Below are positions 30,453 to 40,921 of a DNA stretch of 64,000 nt, piece by piece. The stretch lies in the NCBI GenBank assembly GCA_963662545.2, contig CAXXLL010000003.1, positions 1,472,001 through 1,536,000 on the forward strand, written 5' to 3'. The position numbers were made by a program, and so were the translations under genes. Positions within the stretch are counted from its first letter, which is position 1; each line of letters starts with the position of its first letter. The notes beneath the pieces are model-generated. The model made no database searches and had not been told where the DNA came from. It was given only the letters and a program-made list of their open reading frames with translations. Source of the DNA: Gammaproteobacteria bacterium. Lineage in GTDB: Bacteria > Pseudomonadota > Gammaproteobacteria > Ga0077536.

Positions 30453-30968
30453 TCAGGGCTCCGGGGGGCGCTCGTAAAGGTCGGAGATCTCTTCGGAACC
30501 CGGGTCGAAAGACTGCCCGGGCTTGAGCAGTCCCGGTTCGCTTCCCCCGCCCACCGGCACCCGCACAGCCGACCTATCGATGCGAAGCTGGTGCGCATCG
30601 ATGCCGAAATCCCCGAGGTCTCCCTGAAATGAATTCGTACCATTGATCCATACCGTTGACGGGCCGTTTGAGCGTGAAACGAAACCATCGACCGTAATCG
30701 GCTCGTAGATTTCGGATTCATCCTCGATGAAGATATCGGCCAGCGGCGCCGTTTCATTGACTTCTGGCGCTACCGGTACGGGCGCCGCATGCCGCGCACG
30801 GTCGAGCGCGGCGCGTTGCGCGGGGGTGAGAAACAGCCGCCCGAATTCCGCCGCTTCGAGTGGCGCACTCGCGATGATGCCCGCGAGAATCATGATGACG
30901 GTCAAAAGTTTCACAGCGTCAATCGCTCCTCGCCGCTGAGATCGATGGTCAACCAATCCAGCAGACAA
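30453..30968 (-). CDS. Filament assembly accessory protein (MshK/PilP position)
   Basis: Signal peptide, GRLFLTPAQR and VWING motifs. In operon; true start probably ~30911. Confidence 0.7.
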   Translation of the reverse strand: MSAGLVDHRSQRRGAIDAVKLLTVIMILAGIIASAPLEAAEFGRLFLTPAQRAALDRARHAAPVPVAPEVNETAPLADIFIEDESEIYEPITVDGFVSRSNGPSTVWINGTNSFQGDLGDFGIDAHQLRIDRSAVRVPVGGGSEPGLLKPGQSFDPGSEEISDLYERPPEP

Positions 30969-31531
30969 TCCGCTTTGATGTTCGCTACATGGGGGTCGAG
31001 CTTGATTTCACCCTCGGTCATTTTGAAATCGCAGCTTCTGACGGAATACTGGCCCAGCGCGTCGCGGTCGAGCGCGTTCAGAAGCTGGAACAGATCGCCT
31101 TCGTGCAGCAGACCGATGCTGAGATTCATCGGACTCGAGTAAAGCTCGTAGCTACCGAGGCGGACGTCGAAATCCGTTTTTGTCGGGCGCTGCGATTCGA
31201 TCTTGTAGGTCAGTTCCGGGATCTTAATGGCGTCGCCGGCCTCGCGCAGCGTCTCCAGCCAACTCAAGCGCCGTTCGCCGCCCAACAGGCCGGCCCGGTA
31301 AAGGCGTACGAATTCCGGATAGAACTCCTCGATGATGCGCTCTTCCTCGTCGACCGCCAGGTATTGCTGACTGGCGTTGCGGAAGCGGCTGTGATTGCTC
31401 TGGTATTCGCGCTCCATTTTCTGCCGGAATTTATAACTGCCCGCGAGCATGGCCGTGCTCGCCAGCACGCATACGACGAACAGAATGAGCGAACCGCGCA
31501 GGATCGACCAGTCAGGTTTGTTGTTGGCCAA
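30911..31531 (-). CDS. Bitopic alignment protein (PilO/MshJ-like)
   Basis: TM plus coiled coil plus LLHEGDL. Operon position. Confidence 0.7.
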   Translation of the reverse strand: MANNKPDWSILRGSLILFVVCVLASTAMLAGSYKFRQKMEREYQSNHSRFRNASQQYLAVDEEERIIEEFYPEFVRLYRAGLLGGERRLSWLETLREAGDAIKIPELTYKIESQRPTKTDFDVRLGSYELYSSPMNLSIGLLHEGDLFQLLNALDRDALGQYSVRSCDFKMTEGEIKLDPHVANIKADCLLDWLTIDLSGEERLTL

Positions 31532-33116
31532 TGTTCACTCCAACGACCAGTTTAATTTTGAATTGCGCGACGACCCTTTCATTACGCGCAGTAGTCGACC
31601 CGCTTACGCTGGCTTCGGAACGGATGTCGAGCGGGTACTGCATGACGGTCACTTCATGCACGTCCGGCCGCGCTTCGAGCTCGATCGCGAGCCCATCGAT
31701 GATTTCAATCGCGCCGCGATAATCACCATAAAACGGTTCGAGATGCCCGCTGAGCTCGGCGATGTGGTAGTACGCATATGGACGACTTGCCGTTTCCCTC
31801 TCCACCTTGCCGCGTCGCGACGCTTTGGCCGCCTCCGGATCAGGGTCGGCGCTCGTCTCCCAGCGCAAGCCGTCGAGGCGTATGTCGGGGATTGTTCTCA
31901 GTGCGAGGCTGAGCAGGCGCAGCAGCGGCTCGGGGCTGCTCTTGTGCTGGCGTAGCGACTCGACCGCGTCGACGGCGATTCTGATCTCGCGTGGTTCGAC
32001 CGGCACCGGCAGCAGTTTCTGCCGTGCCAGTTCGTAGCGTTTCTGATAGAAATCAGATTTCTGCAAGGCGTCGATCGCCTGCTGTTTGAATGTCACGCCC
32101 TCAATGAAATTGATGCCGCTCCAGCCGGCGCCGCCCAGCAACAGGATCATGCCCGCCGCGGCGAGACGGACGCGGTAGCGGTGCATGGAGTAGAACTGCG
32201 TTTCGGCGCGTTTCGCATAATGATTGGGCGGCGCCCGATCGGCGAGAAGTTTGGCGAATATCAAATCACCGTAGTGCGAATCGCCAGATTGTTTGCACCC
32301 CAGGCGCCGTGTGACTTCATCCACTTCGAGGAGCAAGAATCGCTCCTGATCGGTATCGCGACAGTGCTGTTCGAGCTCGGTCAGTAATTGACCCTGGCTC
32401 AAGATGTAAATGTTCAGGGGGCTGTCGCGCGAAATAAGCGCGAGACTGTTAAGGTAGCGACGCAGCTTTTCGACCTCGCCCATCAAGTGTGCGGCGAAAG
32501 GGACTGAACCCAGGCGCGGCATATACGCGAGGCGGCTGATCTTGAGCTGCTGATCGCGGAAGAAGGTCTGTCTCAGACCACTCGCTTTCTGCAGGCTGAT
32601 CAGGAGCACGTTAGTCTCGGTCGCACCGATTTTCTTAAGCAGACCTTCGCTCAGGATCGGCAGTGAGTAGATCCCCGCAAGCGGAACTTTGTGATCGATG
32701 AGGATATCGATCCAGGGGGTCAGGATCTCCGGCCGTGTGATCGCGGTCAGCAGCACGTGGTCGTCCCGGCGGCCTTCGGATTCGCGTCCCTGGCGCAGGG
32801 CATGATGATAAGGCGTGCCGCGAAACAGCCTTGCGTACTTGCGTTCCAGCACCGCCTTGCGATCCGCTCCCCCGACGTGGGGAATGGTGTCCTGCCGATA
32901 CTCTTCTTCGACCGCGTCGACCAGCAAACACACGGGCGCGGGTGGCAGATCGCTCAAAGCGCGGTTGAACAGCACGAGCCCGGCTTCGTCGGCGTTGAAT
33001 ATATAGGCGTGTGCCAGTTCGCCGGCTTCGAACAGATAGAGTATGGCGCGCTCGGCCGCCACCAGAAGAACGCGGGTTTCGCTGATGCTAAAAGTCGATT
33101 TGAGTAAAGAGATCAT
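31512..33116 (-). CDS. PilM/PilN (GspL/MshI-like) fusion-type alignment protein
   Basis: Cytoplasmic domain, single TM and periplasmic domain. Follows the platform gene; start uncertain. Confidence 0.7.
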   Translation of the reverse strand: MISLLKSTFSISETRVLLVAAERAILYLFEAGELAHAYIFNADEAGLVLFNRALSDLPPAPVCLLVDAVEEEYRQDTIPHVGGADRKAVLERKYARLFRGTPYHHALRQGRESEGRRDDHVLLTAITRPEILTPWIDILIDHKVPLAGIYSLPILSEGLLKKIGATETNVLLISLQKASGLRQTFFRDQQLKISRLAYMPRLGSVPFAAHLMGEVEKLRRYLNSLALISRDSPLNIYILSQGQLLTELEQHCRDTDQERFLLLEVDEVTRRLGCKQSGDSHYGDLIFAKLLADRAPPNHYAKRAETQFYSMHRYRVRLAAAGMILLLGGAGWSGINFIEGVTFKQQAIDALQKSDFYQKRYELARQKLLPVPVEPREIRIAVDAVESLRQHKSSPEPLLRLLSLALRTIPDIRLDGLRWETSADPDPEAAKASRRGKVERETASRPYAYYHIAELSGHLEPFYGDYRGAIEIIDGLAIELEARPDVHEVTVMQYPLDIRSEASVSGSTTARNERVVAQFKIKLVVGVNIGQQQT

Positions 33117-34293
33117 AAATTGGACCTAGTACAGAGGCCATAATCCAGAACAGGAGTGCGCCTAGAACCACTGTGATCCCGGGCATGATCATCTCCTGCA
33201 ATCGTTCGATCGTTTCGGCCACGTCGCGCGCGTAGAAATAGCTGACGTTGTCGAGCGCCTCTCCAAGCGCGCCGGTATTCTCGCCGACCTGCAACATGCG
33301 TACGACCAGCGGCGGGAACAACCCGGTCGCTGCAAAGCTCGCGCTGATGCCGCCGCCATCCGCGATCATCCTGCCGGCATCGCGCAGCGCCGTGGCGACG
33401 GCGCGGTTACCCGAAACATCTTCAGCGCTTCTGATGGAATCGAGGACCGTAATGCCCGACGAATACATGATTGAGAACACCTGGCATACCCGTGTCACGA
33501 TCAGCTTTTTCATGACCGGGCCGATCAGCGGCAAACGCAGCACGATGTTGTCGATGCGTTCGGCGAATTTCGGATTCGTCTTGAACCCGATGACGACGCC
33601 GCCGATCAAAATGATCGGCGTCAGCAGAACCACATACCAGTATTCGGTCATGAATACCGAAGTCGCGATCAAGGCCTTCGTCTGCAATGGGAGCTCCTGG
33701 CCCATCGTCGCCAGAAAGGAAATCAGTTGGGGCACGACATAGAGCATCAGGAAAAAGAGCACCGCGATGACGATGACTGTCACGATTGCCGGATACACCA
33801 ACAACTTCTTGGTATAGGCTATTTGCTCGTCCTGCCATTTCAGATTCTCTATGATCTTACCGAGCACGCGGTTTAACTGACCGCTCTCCTCCCCGGCGCG
33901 GATCAGAGAAACAAAAACAGGGCTGAACACGAAGGGGAAATCCTCCATCGCCCCGGACAGGTTCTTGCCGCCCTCGATGGCTTCGATGATGGCGGCAGTC
34001 ACTTCCCTCAGACGCTTGTTGTCGACGGTGTCCCGGATATCACCCAAACCTTCGAGAATGGGCACGCCGGCGCGCACGAGGTGTTCGAGATGAAAGCAGA
34101 ACGTGATCAGATCCGTGCGCTTGACGCCGCGGCCCGTTATGTTCTTGGTGCGCGAGCTCAACTCGCGGAAATTGACGAGGTCGAGCCCTAGGCGGCTCAG
34201 GCGGAGTTCGAGATCAGCCGGGTTCACGGCATCGACGCGCCCCTGGATCGTGCGGCCCTGGGCGTTGATGGCCTTGTAACGGTAGGCTTCCAT
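33088..34293 (-). CDS. Inner-membrane platform protein (GspF/PilC/MshG)
   Basis: YRYKA, AGVPILEGL, AGEESGQL, YP and VGENTG motifs. Confidence 0.93.
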   Translation of the reverse strand: MEAYRYKAINAQGRTIQGRVDAVNPADLELRLSRLGLDLVNFRELSSRTKNITGRGVKRTDLITFCFHLEHLVRAGVPILEGLGDIRDTVDNKRLREVTAAIIEAIEGGKNLSGAMEDFPFVFSPVFVSLIRAGEESGQLNRVLGKIIENLKWQDEQIAYTKKLLVYPAIVTVIVIAVLFFLMLYVVPQLISFLATMGQELPLQTKALIATSVFMTEYWYVVLLTPIILIGGVVIGFKTNPKFAERIDNIVLRLPLIGPVMKKLIVTRVCQVFSIMYSSGITVLDSIRSAEDVSGNRAVATALRDAGRMIADGGGISASFAATGLFPPLVVRMLQVGENTGALGEALDNVSYFYARDVAETIERLQEMIMPGITVVLGALLFWIMASVLGPIYDLFTQIDF

Positions 34294-34300
34294 CGCCTAT

Positions 34301-36010
34301 TTAGTCCAGGCGCTCCGTCAGGTCGACCACGCGGGATACTTCGTCGAGCGAGGTAATGCCTTCGATCACGCGTTTGATGGCGACGTCCGCTAGCGTCTGA
34401 AAGCCTTTTCTGCGCGCCGCCTCGGTCATTTCCCTGAACGTTGCGTTCTGCGCGATCAATTCGTCCAGCTCGCGATCGAAGCGCAACAGTTCCATCAATG
34501 CCATTCTCCCTTCATAACCCTGGTGGGGCGCGTGGCGATGCTCTTCGACGACACGGTAGATGGGATGGCCTCGGTAGGCCGGATCGATGCCTAGAATACG
34601 GCGTTCGACCGCGCTCGGCTCGTAAGCTTCCTTACACTCCTCCTTGAGCACGCGCATCAGGCGCTGCGCCAAAATACCGATGAGGTTGCCGGCCATGATG
34701 TCGGATTTGATCCCCATGTCGGACAGGCGCGGGATCGCGCCAAGCGACGAATTCGTATGCAGAGTGGAGAATACCTGGTGGCCGGTCATCGCCGCGCGAA
34801 AGGCCATGGCCGCGGTGTCTTCATCTCGAATTTCGCCGACCAGGATGATGTCCGGATCCTGGCGCAGCATCGAACGTACGCCGCCGGCGAAATCGAGGCG
34901 GACGGTTTCGTTGATCGAGGTCTGCCGGATCATGCCCATGGGATATTCCACCGGGTCTTCGAGCGTCATGATGTTAACGGCCTCGGTGTTCAGATGATTG
35001 AGCAGACTGTAAAGTGTGGTCGTTTTGCCACTCCCGGTCGGCCCCGTCACAAGCAGGAGACCCTCGGGACGGGCATCCATGAGCTTGAGCGTCACCAGGA
35101 TTTCTTCATCGAGCCCGAGCGCCTCGATGGGCACGATGCCCTTCTGCCGGTCGAGGATACGCAGCACGATGTTCTCGCCGTGCACCGTCGGCAGGGTGGA
35201 CACGCGAAAATCGATCTGCCGGCCCGACAGGGTCAGGGTAATGCGGCCGTCCTGTGGCCCACGCGTCTCCGCAATGTCCATGCCTGACATGACCTTTAGG
35301 CGCACCGCGAGTGCGGACCAGTAGTTTTTGTGCAGGGATCGTATCTGGCGCAGCACACCGTCGATGCGATAGCGGAATCTCAAAAATCCTTCTTCGGGCT
35401 CGAAATGAATGTCCGAAGCACCCCGCTTGACCGCGCCGGACAACAGCGCGTTGACCAGCCTTACGACGGGCTGACTGTATTCTTCGCTATCGGCATCCAG
35501 GCTCTCGTAGTCGATCTCGCCGGTTTCGATTTCGCGCAGAATGCCGTCGACGGAAAGTTCGAAGCCGTAGAACTGATCGATGGCCTTTTCGATTTCTGCC
35601 TCGCCGGCCATCAGCGGCTGGATATCGACATCGCCGCCCAGACGCGCTGCGATTTGATCGAGCGCAACGACGTTGAAAATGTCTGCCATCGCGAGCGTCA
35701 GCCGGTTGCTGTTCGCGTCAAAGGTCAGCGGCAAAATGTGGAACCGCCGCGCCATGTCCTTTGGGATCAGGCGAATCGCTTCTGCATCGACCACCACCTG
35801 CGAAAGCAGCGCCTTTTGCTGGCCGAGCGCGCCGCCCAATACGTCGAGGATAATGGCTTCGGTAGCAAAGCCGAGCCTGACGAGAATCTTGCCCAGGTGA
35901 TCGCGGTTCTTGGCCTGCTCGGTCAGTGCGATACGGATTTGATCCGAACTGACGACACCCTTCTGGACGAGCAGCTCGCCGATGCGCAGCGATATCTTGG
36001 GTTCGTTCAT
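34301..36010 (-). CDS. Assembly ATPase (GspE/PilB/MshE)
   Basis: RIGELLVQKG (MshEN-like start), ASDIHFEP, GPTGSGKTTT, RQDPD and TGH...STLHTN motifs. Confidence 0.95.
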   Translation of the reverse strand: MNEPKISLRIGELLVQKGVVSSDQIRIALTEQAKNRDHLGKILVRLGFATEAIILDVLGGALGQQKALLSQVVVDAEAIRLIPKDMARRFHILPLTFDANSNRLTLAMADIFNVVALDQIAARLGGDVDIQPLMAGEAEIEKAIDQFYGFELSVDGILREIETGEIDYESLDADSEEYSQPVVRLVNALLSGAVKRGASDIHFEPEEGFLRFRYRIDGVLRQIRSLHKNYWSALAVRLKVMSGMDIAETRGPQDGRITLTLSGRQIDFRVSTLPTVHGENIVLRILDRQKGIVPIEALGLDEEILVTLKLMDARPEGLLLVTGPTGSGKTTTLYSLLNHLNTEAVNIMTLEDPVEYPMGMIRQTSINETVRLDFAGGVRSMLRQDPDIILVGEIRDEDTAAMAFRAAMTGHQVFSTLHTNSSLGAIPRLSDMGIKSDIMAGNLIGILAQRLMRVLKEECKEAYEPSAVERRILGIDPAYRGHPIYRVVEEHRHAPHQGYEGRMALMELLRFDRELDELIAQNATFREMTEAARRKGFQTLADVAIKRVIEGITSLDEVSRVVDLTERLD

Positions 36011-36037
36011 TTGAAACCGGGTGTTTTCGGCACCCGC

Positions 36038-37738
36038 CTAGGGAGCAAGCGTGCTGGACAGATTGCTGATCCGCTGGAGCACATTGGCCGGGTTGAAGTT
36101 GCCGCCGCTGGCGTCGGCGAGACTCAAACTTTTCTGGTAATAGTTCAATGCCGCCGGACCCTGCCCTAAGCGATCGAGGCTGACGGCGAGATTGAAGTTG
36201 TAATCGGCGTTTTCGGCATCGAGGCCGACGGCCGAGAAATAAGCCTGCTGAGCATTACCCCAGCGGCCTTGCCTGGCATACCAATTGCCGAGCGCAAAAT
36301 GGATGAACGCGGAGTCGCCATGGCTGTCGAGCAGCATGCGCAGGCGCGCGGCCGTCGCTTCACCCCTACCGCCCGTCAGCGACAGGAGCGCGGCGGTCGC
36401 CACCGGATCGTCGGGGACCCGCTTGAGCACGGCGGCGTAATGCCGGTAAGCCGTCGCCAGATCACCCTCCCCTTGTGCAATCGCCCCGAGGCCTAAAAGC
36501 GCATCGCGGCGGTCGGGATGACCCGCCAGCGCCGTTTCGTATCGGGACTTGGCTGTTGCCATGTCGCCGTTGGAGAAGGCGTCGTAAGCGCCCTGGATGT
36601 CAGCGTCGACCGCCGCCGGCTTGCGGGTGCGTGAAATGCGGACTTCGCCGACGCCAACGTCGATCACGGGCTCAGTCGATATCGGGGGAGGTGCTGGCAC
36701 CGAGGGCGTTCCTGTCGGTAGGGGCGCTTCGGCAATTGGTGCCGGCTCGACTTCGGGCAAGGGCTCATCCGATTCAACTGTTGCGATTTCCACCGGCGCT
36801 TTCATGGCGAGAGCTGCCTCGGAGGTTTGCGGCGCGAGGTCCTGTCGCCCTTCGACCAGGGGCAGGGGCTCGGTTTCACTAATCGTCAACGGTGGCCGGG
36901 TATCGATGCGCGGCAACGCGGCCGCAGCGCTCGTTGTCCTCGGTTGAATCGGGACCACCGGCAGTTCGCGGGAGTCCTGGCGTTCGACGCCGTCGGCGAC
37001 AGCCGGCGATGGCATGGTGCGCTGCTCGGGCGTCTGCTGGGCGTAGAAAAACCCGATGATCCCGATGCCGATTACGATCAATAGGGCAAGAGAAGCGCCG
37101 ATCAGTAAAATCGGCCGCGAGCGCGGTCGCTCGCCGGCCGCAAAGACCGTTTGCGCACCGACGACGGTATGTGCCGCGACGTCCTCGAGCGTGCTATCTC
37201 CGGCGCTGCGCGAATCGCCGCGGGGCAATTCCATCGATTGTGATTGTTCGAAATAGGCTTCCAAATCATGTTGCACCGCGCGCGTCGAGGGAAGGGTTGA
37301 GGTTTGGTCCGATCGTGCGCGCGCACCTCCGCGCGTCGTCGCGCCCGTCGAATCCGCGCCGGTTTCGAGCGTATCGGATCGCGTATCGTCCTGACCGATG
37401 TCGTCGTCGACCTCGAGCGGTGTGAGTTCGAGCCCGTCGGACTGCATCATCGAAGCGCTGGTATCGCCGTCTTCGAATGGATCCAGCGGTTCCATTTCGA
37501 GCTGCGCCGGCGGCTGTTCGAGCGCGGCGGACTCCTCTTCAAGCGAGGCGGCCTCGATCTGCATGGTGACGTCTTCGGGTCCGGCCGCCGCCGATTGCAC
37601 CGTAACCGCGCCCGTATCGACGCCCGGCTCTGGCGCCTTTTCCGCGCCCGCCGGCCGGGCTGTCTCTTTGCCCTCTTGCGCTTCCTGCCGCTTCTTCTCC
37701 TCTTCGGCGCGACGCAGGGCGTCCATCAACAAACTCAT
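36038..37738 (-). CDS. TPR-containing bitopic protein (MshN/GspB-like)
   Basis: MSLLMDALRRAE start, acidic region, TM, Pro-rich linker and TPRs. Confidence 0.8.
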   Translation of the reverse strand: MSLLMDALRRAEEEKKRQEAQEGKETARPAGAEKAPEPGVDTGAVTVQSAAAGPEDVTMQIEAASLEEESAALEQPPAQLEMEPLDPFEDGDTSASMMQSDGLELTPLEVDDDIGQDDTRSDTLETGADSTGATTRGGARARSDQTSTLPSTRAVQHDLEAYFEQSQSMELPRGDSRSAGDSTLEDVAAHTVVGAQTVFAAGERPRSRPILLIGASLALLIVIGIGIIGFFYAQQTPEQRTMPSPAVADGVERQDSRELPVVPIQPRTTSAAAALPRIDTRPPLTISETEPLPLVEGRQDLAPQTSEAALAMKAPVEIATVESDEPLPEVEPAPIAEAPLPTGTPSVPAPPPISTEPVIDVGVGEVRISRTRKPAAVDADIQGAYDAFSNGDMATAKSRYETALAGHPDRRDALLGLGAIAQGEGDLATAYRHYAAVLKRVPDDPVATAALLSLTGGRGEATAARLRMLLDSHGDSAFIHFALGNWYARQGRWGNAQQAYFSAVGLDAENADYNFNLAVSLDRLGQGPAALNYYQKSLSLADASGGNFNPANVLQRISNLSSTLAP

Positions 37739-39026
37739 GTCAACAACCTCCGCCCATCCCGTTTACGGCGTCGCCCTGCCCCTTAGATATTCGCGGTAGT
37801 CTTTCAGATCCGTGTTGACGCTCGGGTCACGCACGATGACGGGGCGCAGGAAGATCACGAGCTCCGTTTTAGTCATCCTGATTTCGTCTGCATTGAAGAG
37901 GAGGTCACCAATGAAGGGGATCTTCGACAAGCCGGGCACTTCACGTTGACCGGTTTGGACTTCGTCCTGCATCAAACCGCCCAGCACCGCGATCTGTCCG
38001 TCGACGAGCTTGAGTACCGATTCCATTTCCCGTACGCGAATGATCGGCACGAGATTGGTCACCGTCGGGTTCACCGCGCCCGCAACTTGTGCCGCCAGTT
38101 GGGGACCGGGATCGATCGCGTCGCCGATCCGCTGCGAGATGGTGGGGCGCACCGTCAACGTAATTTCGTCATTCGAAGAAATCTGCGGCGTCACCGCCAT
38201 CACCAGACCGACCGGCACCGAGTGGACCTCAGACTCGACGATCGTACGCCCTTGCGAGGTTGCCGTTGAGTCTTTGTCCGTTACCTCGACGGTGAAATAG
38301 ACCAGTTCCTCGACGACTTTCAGCACCGCCGTCTGGTTGTTCAAGACCATTAGCCGAGGGCTAGACAGTACGGTCGTATCGCCGAATTCGCGCAACAGGC
38401 GGACGGTCGCCTGGATGGCGTTGTTGCCAACCGTGGGATCGAAATAGGTCACACGGGTCGCCGAAATGGCGTTATCGATAACGCCGTCGGTGATCGCGCC
38501 CAGCAGACTCTGCGAGACGTCGAAACCCGCTTCTTCGTTCAGAAAAAAGTCCCAGTCGACCCCCGCCTGGTATTGATCGTTCAGCGTCACCTCGACGATC
38601 GTCGCTTCGACCAGGACCTGCCGCCGCACACTGACCAGGACCTTGTCGACGTACTCTTCGATGAACCGATGCTGGCGGCTGGTGGCTTTGACCGACATCA
38701 ACCCTGCTTCCGCGTTGATGATGACTTTGTCCGAAATCTCCTCGCCGCCAGCGCTCCCGGTTTCACCGAGTATCGCCAGCACATTGTCGTGCAGCGTTTC
38801 CCAGAAGCGGTTGTAGGATCGCGAACGCAATCGGGTCGACGACCTGTTTGCGCCGCCGCCGCTTCCGCCACCACTGTCGTCGACCGTACCACCACCCGTC
38901 GTGGCGACGCGGGTCTCGACCGTAACCGTGGTGTCGACTTCACGCGACAGATTGACGTAACCGACCTCGTAGGTCCGCAGGTACGGCTCATCGGTCGTGA
39001 TGATGTAGGTTTCGCCGCTCAGTTCG

Positions 39027-40412
39027 GAGTTATAACTGAATCTGGTGTTTGAGCGAGTTGAATAAAGGCGGCGTATCTGGTTGAAATGTTGTTACCAAGC
39101 AGCAAGCCAACCAAAGAGGATACGCCACCATGAGAGAGAGTAAGGTTGTTGAATTATCAGGTCGAGAAGGAATACCAGAGCCGTTGACGGAGGTTTTGAG
39201 AAACGGTGCACGGGCGCTGATTGAGCGAGCAGTTGAAAGCGAGCTGGCAGAATATATGGCGCAGTATTCAGGACATCGCACGGCGGACGACAAAGCAGGT
39301 GTGGTTCGCAACGGCTATTTGCCGGAACGCCAGTTGCAGACGGGCTTGGGGCCGGTGACGGTGAGGATCCCGAAGGTTCGTTCGAAGCTCGGCGAGCCGG
39401 TGACCTTCCGTTCAGCGCTGGTGCCGCCGTATGTGCGCAAGACAAGAACCTTGGAGGCGGCCGTGCCGTGGCTGTATTTGAAGGGCGTTTCCAGTGGCGA
39501 AATGGGCGCTGCGCTGGAAGTTTTGTTGGGGCCGCAGGCGAAGGGCCTGTCGGCGAGCACCGTGTCGCGCTTGAAGCAGGTGTGGGCGCAAGAATACCGC
39601 GACTGGTGCGAGGGGCGATTGGACCAAGACCGCTGGGTGTAGGTGTGGGCGGACGGTGTCTACAGTGGCCTGCGGGCGGAGCACACGAAGCTGTGTGCGT
39701 TGGTGGTGATCGGCGTCAATGAGCGAGGCGAGAAGCGTTTTTTGGCGATGGAGGATGGTGTGCGGGAGTCCACGCAGAGCTGGCGCGAGGTGTTGCTGAA
39801 ATTGAAGTCACGCGGGATGAATATTCCCAAGCTGGCGATCGGGGACGGTGCCATGGGCTTCTGGGCCGCACTGGAGGAAGTCTACGGTGAGACCCGCCAG
39901 CAACGCTGCTGGATGCACAAGACGATGAACGTGCTGAACTGCCTACCGAAGTCGGCACAGGCCAAAGCCAAGCAAGCCCTGCACGCGATCTGGCAGGCCG
40001 CGACAAAGGCCGACGCCGAGAAGGCGTTCGAGCTGTTCCTCAAGACCTATGAACCGAAGTATCCCAAGGCGACCCTGTGCCTACAGAAAGACCGTGAGGA
40101 GTTGCTGGCGTTCTATGATTTTCCGGCACCACATTGGCAAAGCATTCGCACGAGCAATCCGATTGAATCCACCTTCGCTACGATCCGGCACCGGACCCGG
40201 CGCTCCAAGGGCGGTCTCTCTCGGGACGGCATGCTCCATATGATGTTCAAGCTGGGGCGGTGTGCGCAGAAGAATTGGCGACGCCTACGTGGATTCGACT
40301 ACCTGGCCAAGGTGATTACTGGAGTTAAATTTGAAGATGGTATCGAGGTGACAAGGGTCAATCAGGTCGCCGCTTGATTCAACCGCCTGAACACCACTTT
40401 TGACAATAACTC
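39027..40412 (+). mobile_element. IS256 family element
   Basis: IRs GAGTTATAACTGAATCTGGTGTT / AACACCACTTTTGACAATAACTC. 9-bp duplication CTCAGTTCG at 39018-39026 and 40413-40421. Confidence 0.95.
39130..40377 (+). pseudogene. IS256 transposase with in-frame TAG
   Basis: RNGY, WV*VWADG, GDG, QRCWMH and TSNPIES motifs. Stop at 39640-39642. Confidence 0.9.
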
Positions 40413-40921
40413 CTCAGTTCGTAACGCAGGTCAACCTGCCGGGCAATGCGTTCGAGGACCTGGGGCAAGGTTTGATCGATGGCGTTGAGCGTGACCTTGC
40501 CCTCAACCGCACCACCGATGTCGATATTGAGTTCGGCGTCGCGGGCGAGAGCGAATAGCAGTTCGCGCACCGGGACGTTGTTGACCACCACCGTGTAGCG
40601 TTCGCTTTCGGGGACCGGCTCCGGCGCGGGTACGAAGGGCGCCTGGCTGACGACCTCCGGGATATCCCGTGACGGCTGCGCCGCGGCTTCGAGATGCCCC
40701 CCGGGCGCCGCAGGCTCGGGTCGCATCTGTGTGCAGCTGACGAGGCCCGCCACTATCAAGCCCGCAGCAATTCCTCTCAAATTCATGTGCTTAAGCCCAT
40801 CCTCGGGACGAAATGTCCCATAGATCTAAGATAACACATTATATATATATTACAACTTACTAATAATAAACAAATAATTAAAGTGTTCTGTCCTCAAATG
40901 AGGCACGGCCGGGTCCTTCGC

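Larger units (their letters stand above)
37763..40786 (-). pseudogene. Lipoprotein secretin (MshL/GspD-like) interrupted by IS256
   Basis: LVSC lipobox. N-terminal ...DLRYEL joins in frame to SGETYII... after IS removal. QVLVEATIVEV, VPGLSKIP and KTELVIFLRP motifs. Confidence 0.92.

Noticed and set aside
10018-39642. Stop-codon recoding (Sec/Pyl or alternative code) to explain in-frame TGA/TAG
   Set aside because: The stops fall at different expected residues in accessory genes. TGA and TAG end core genes normally.
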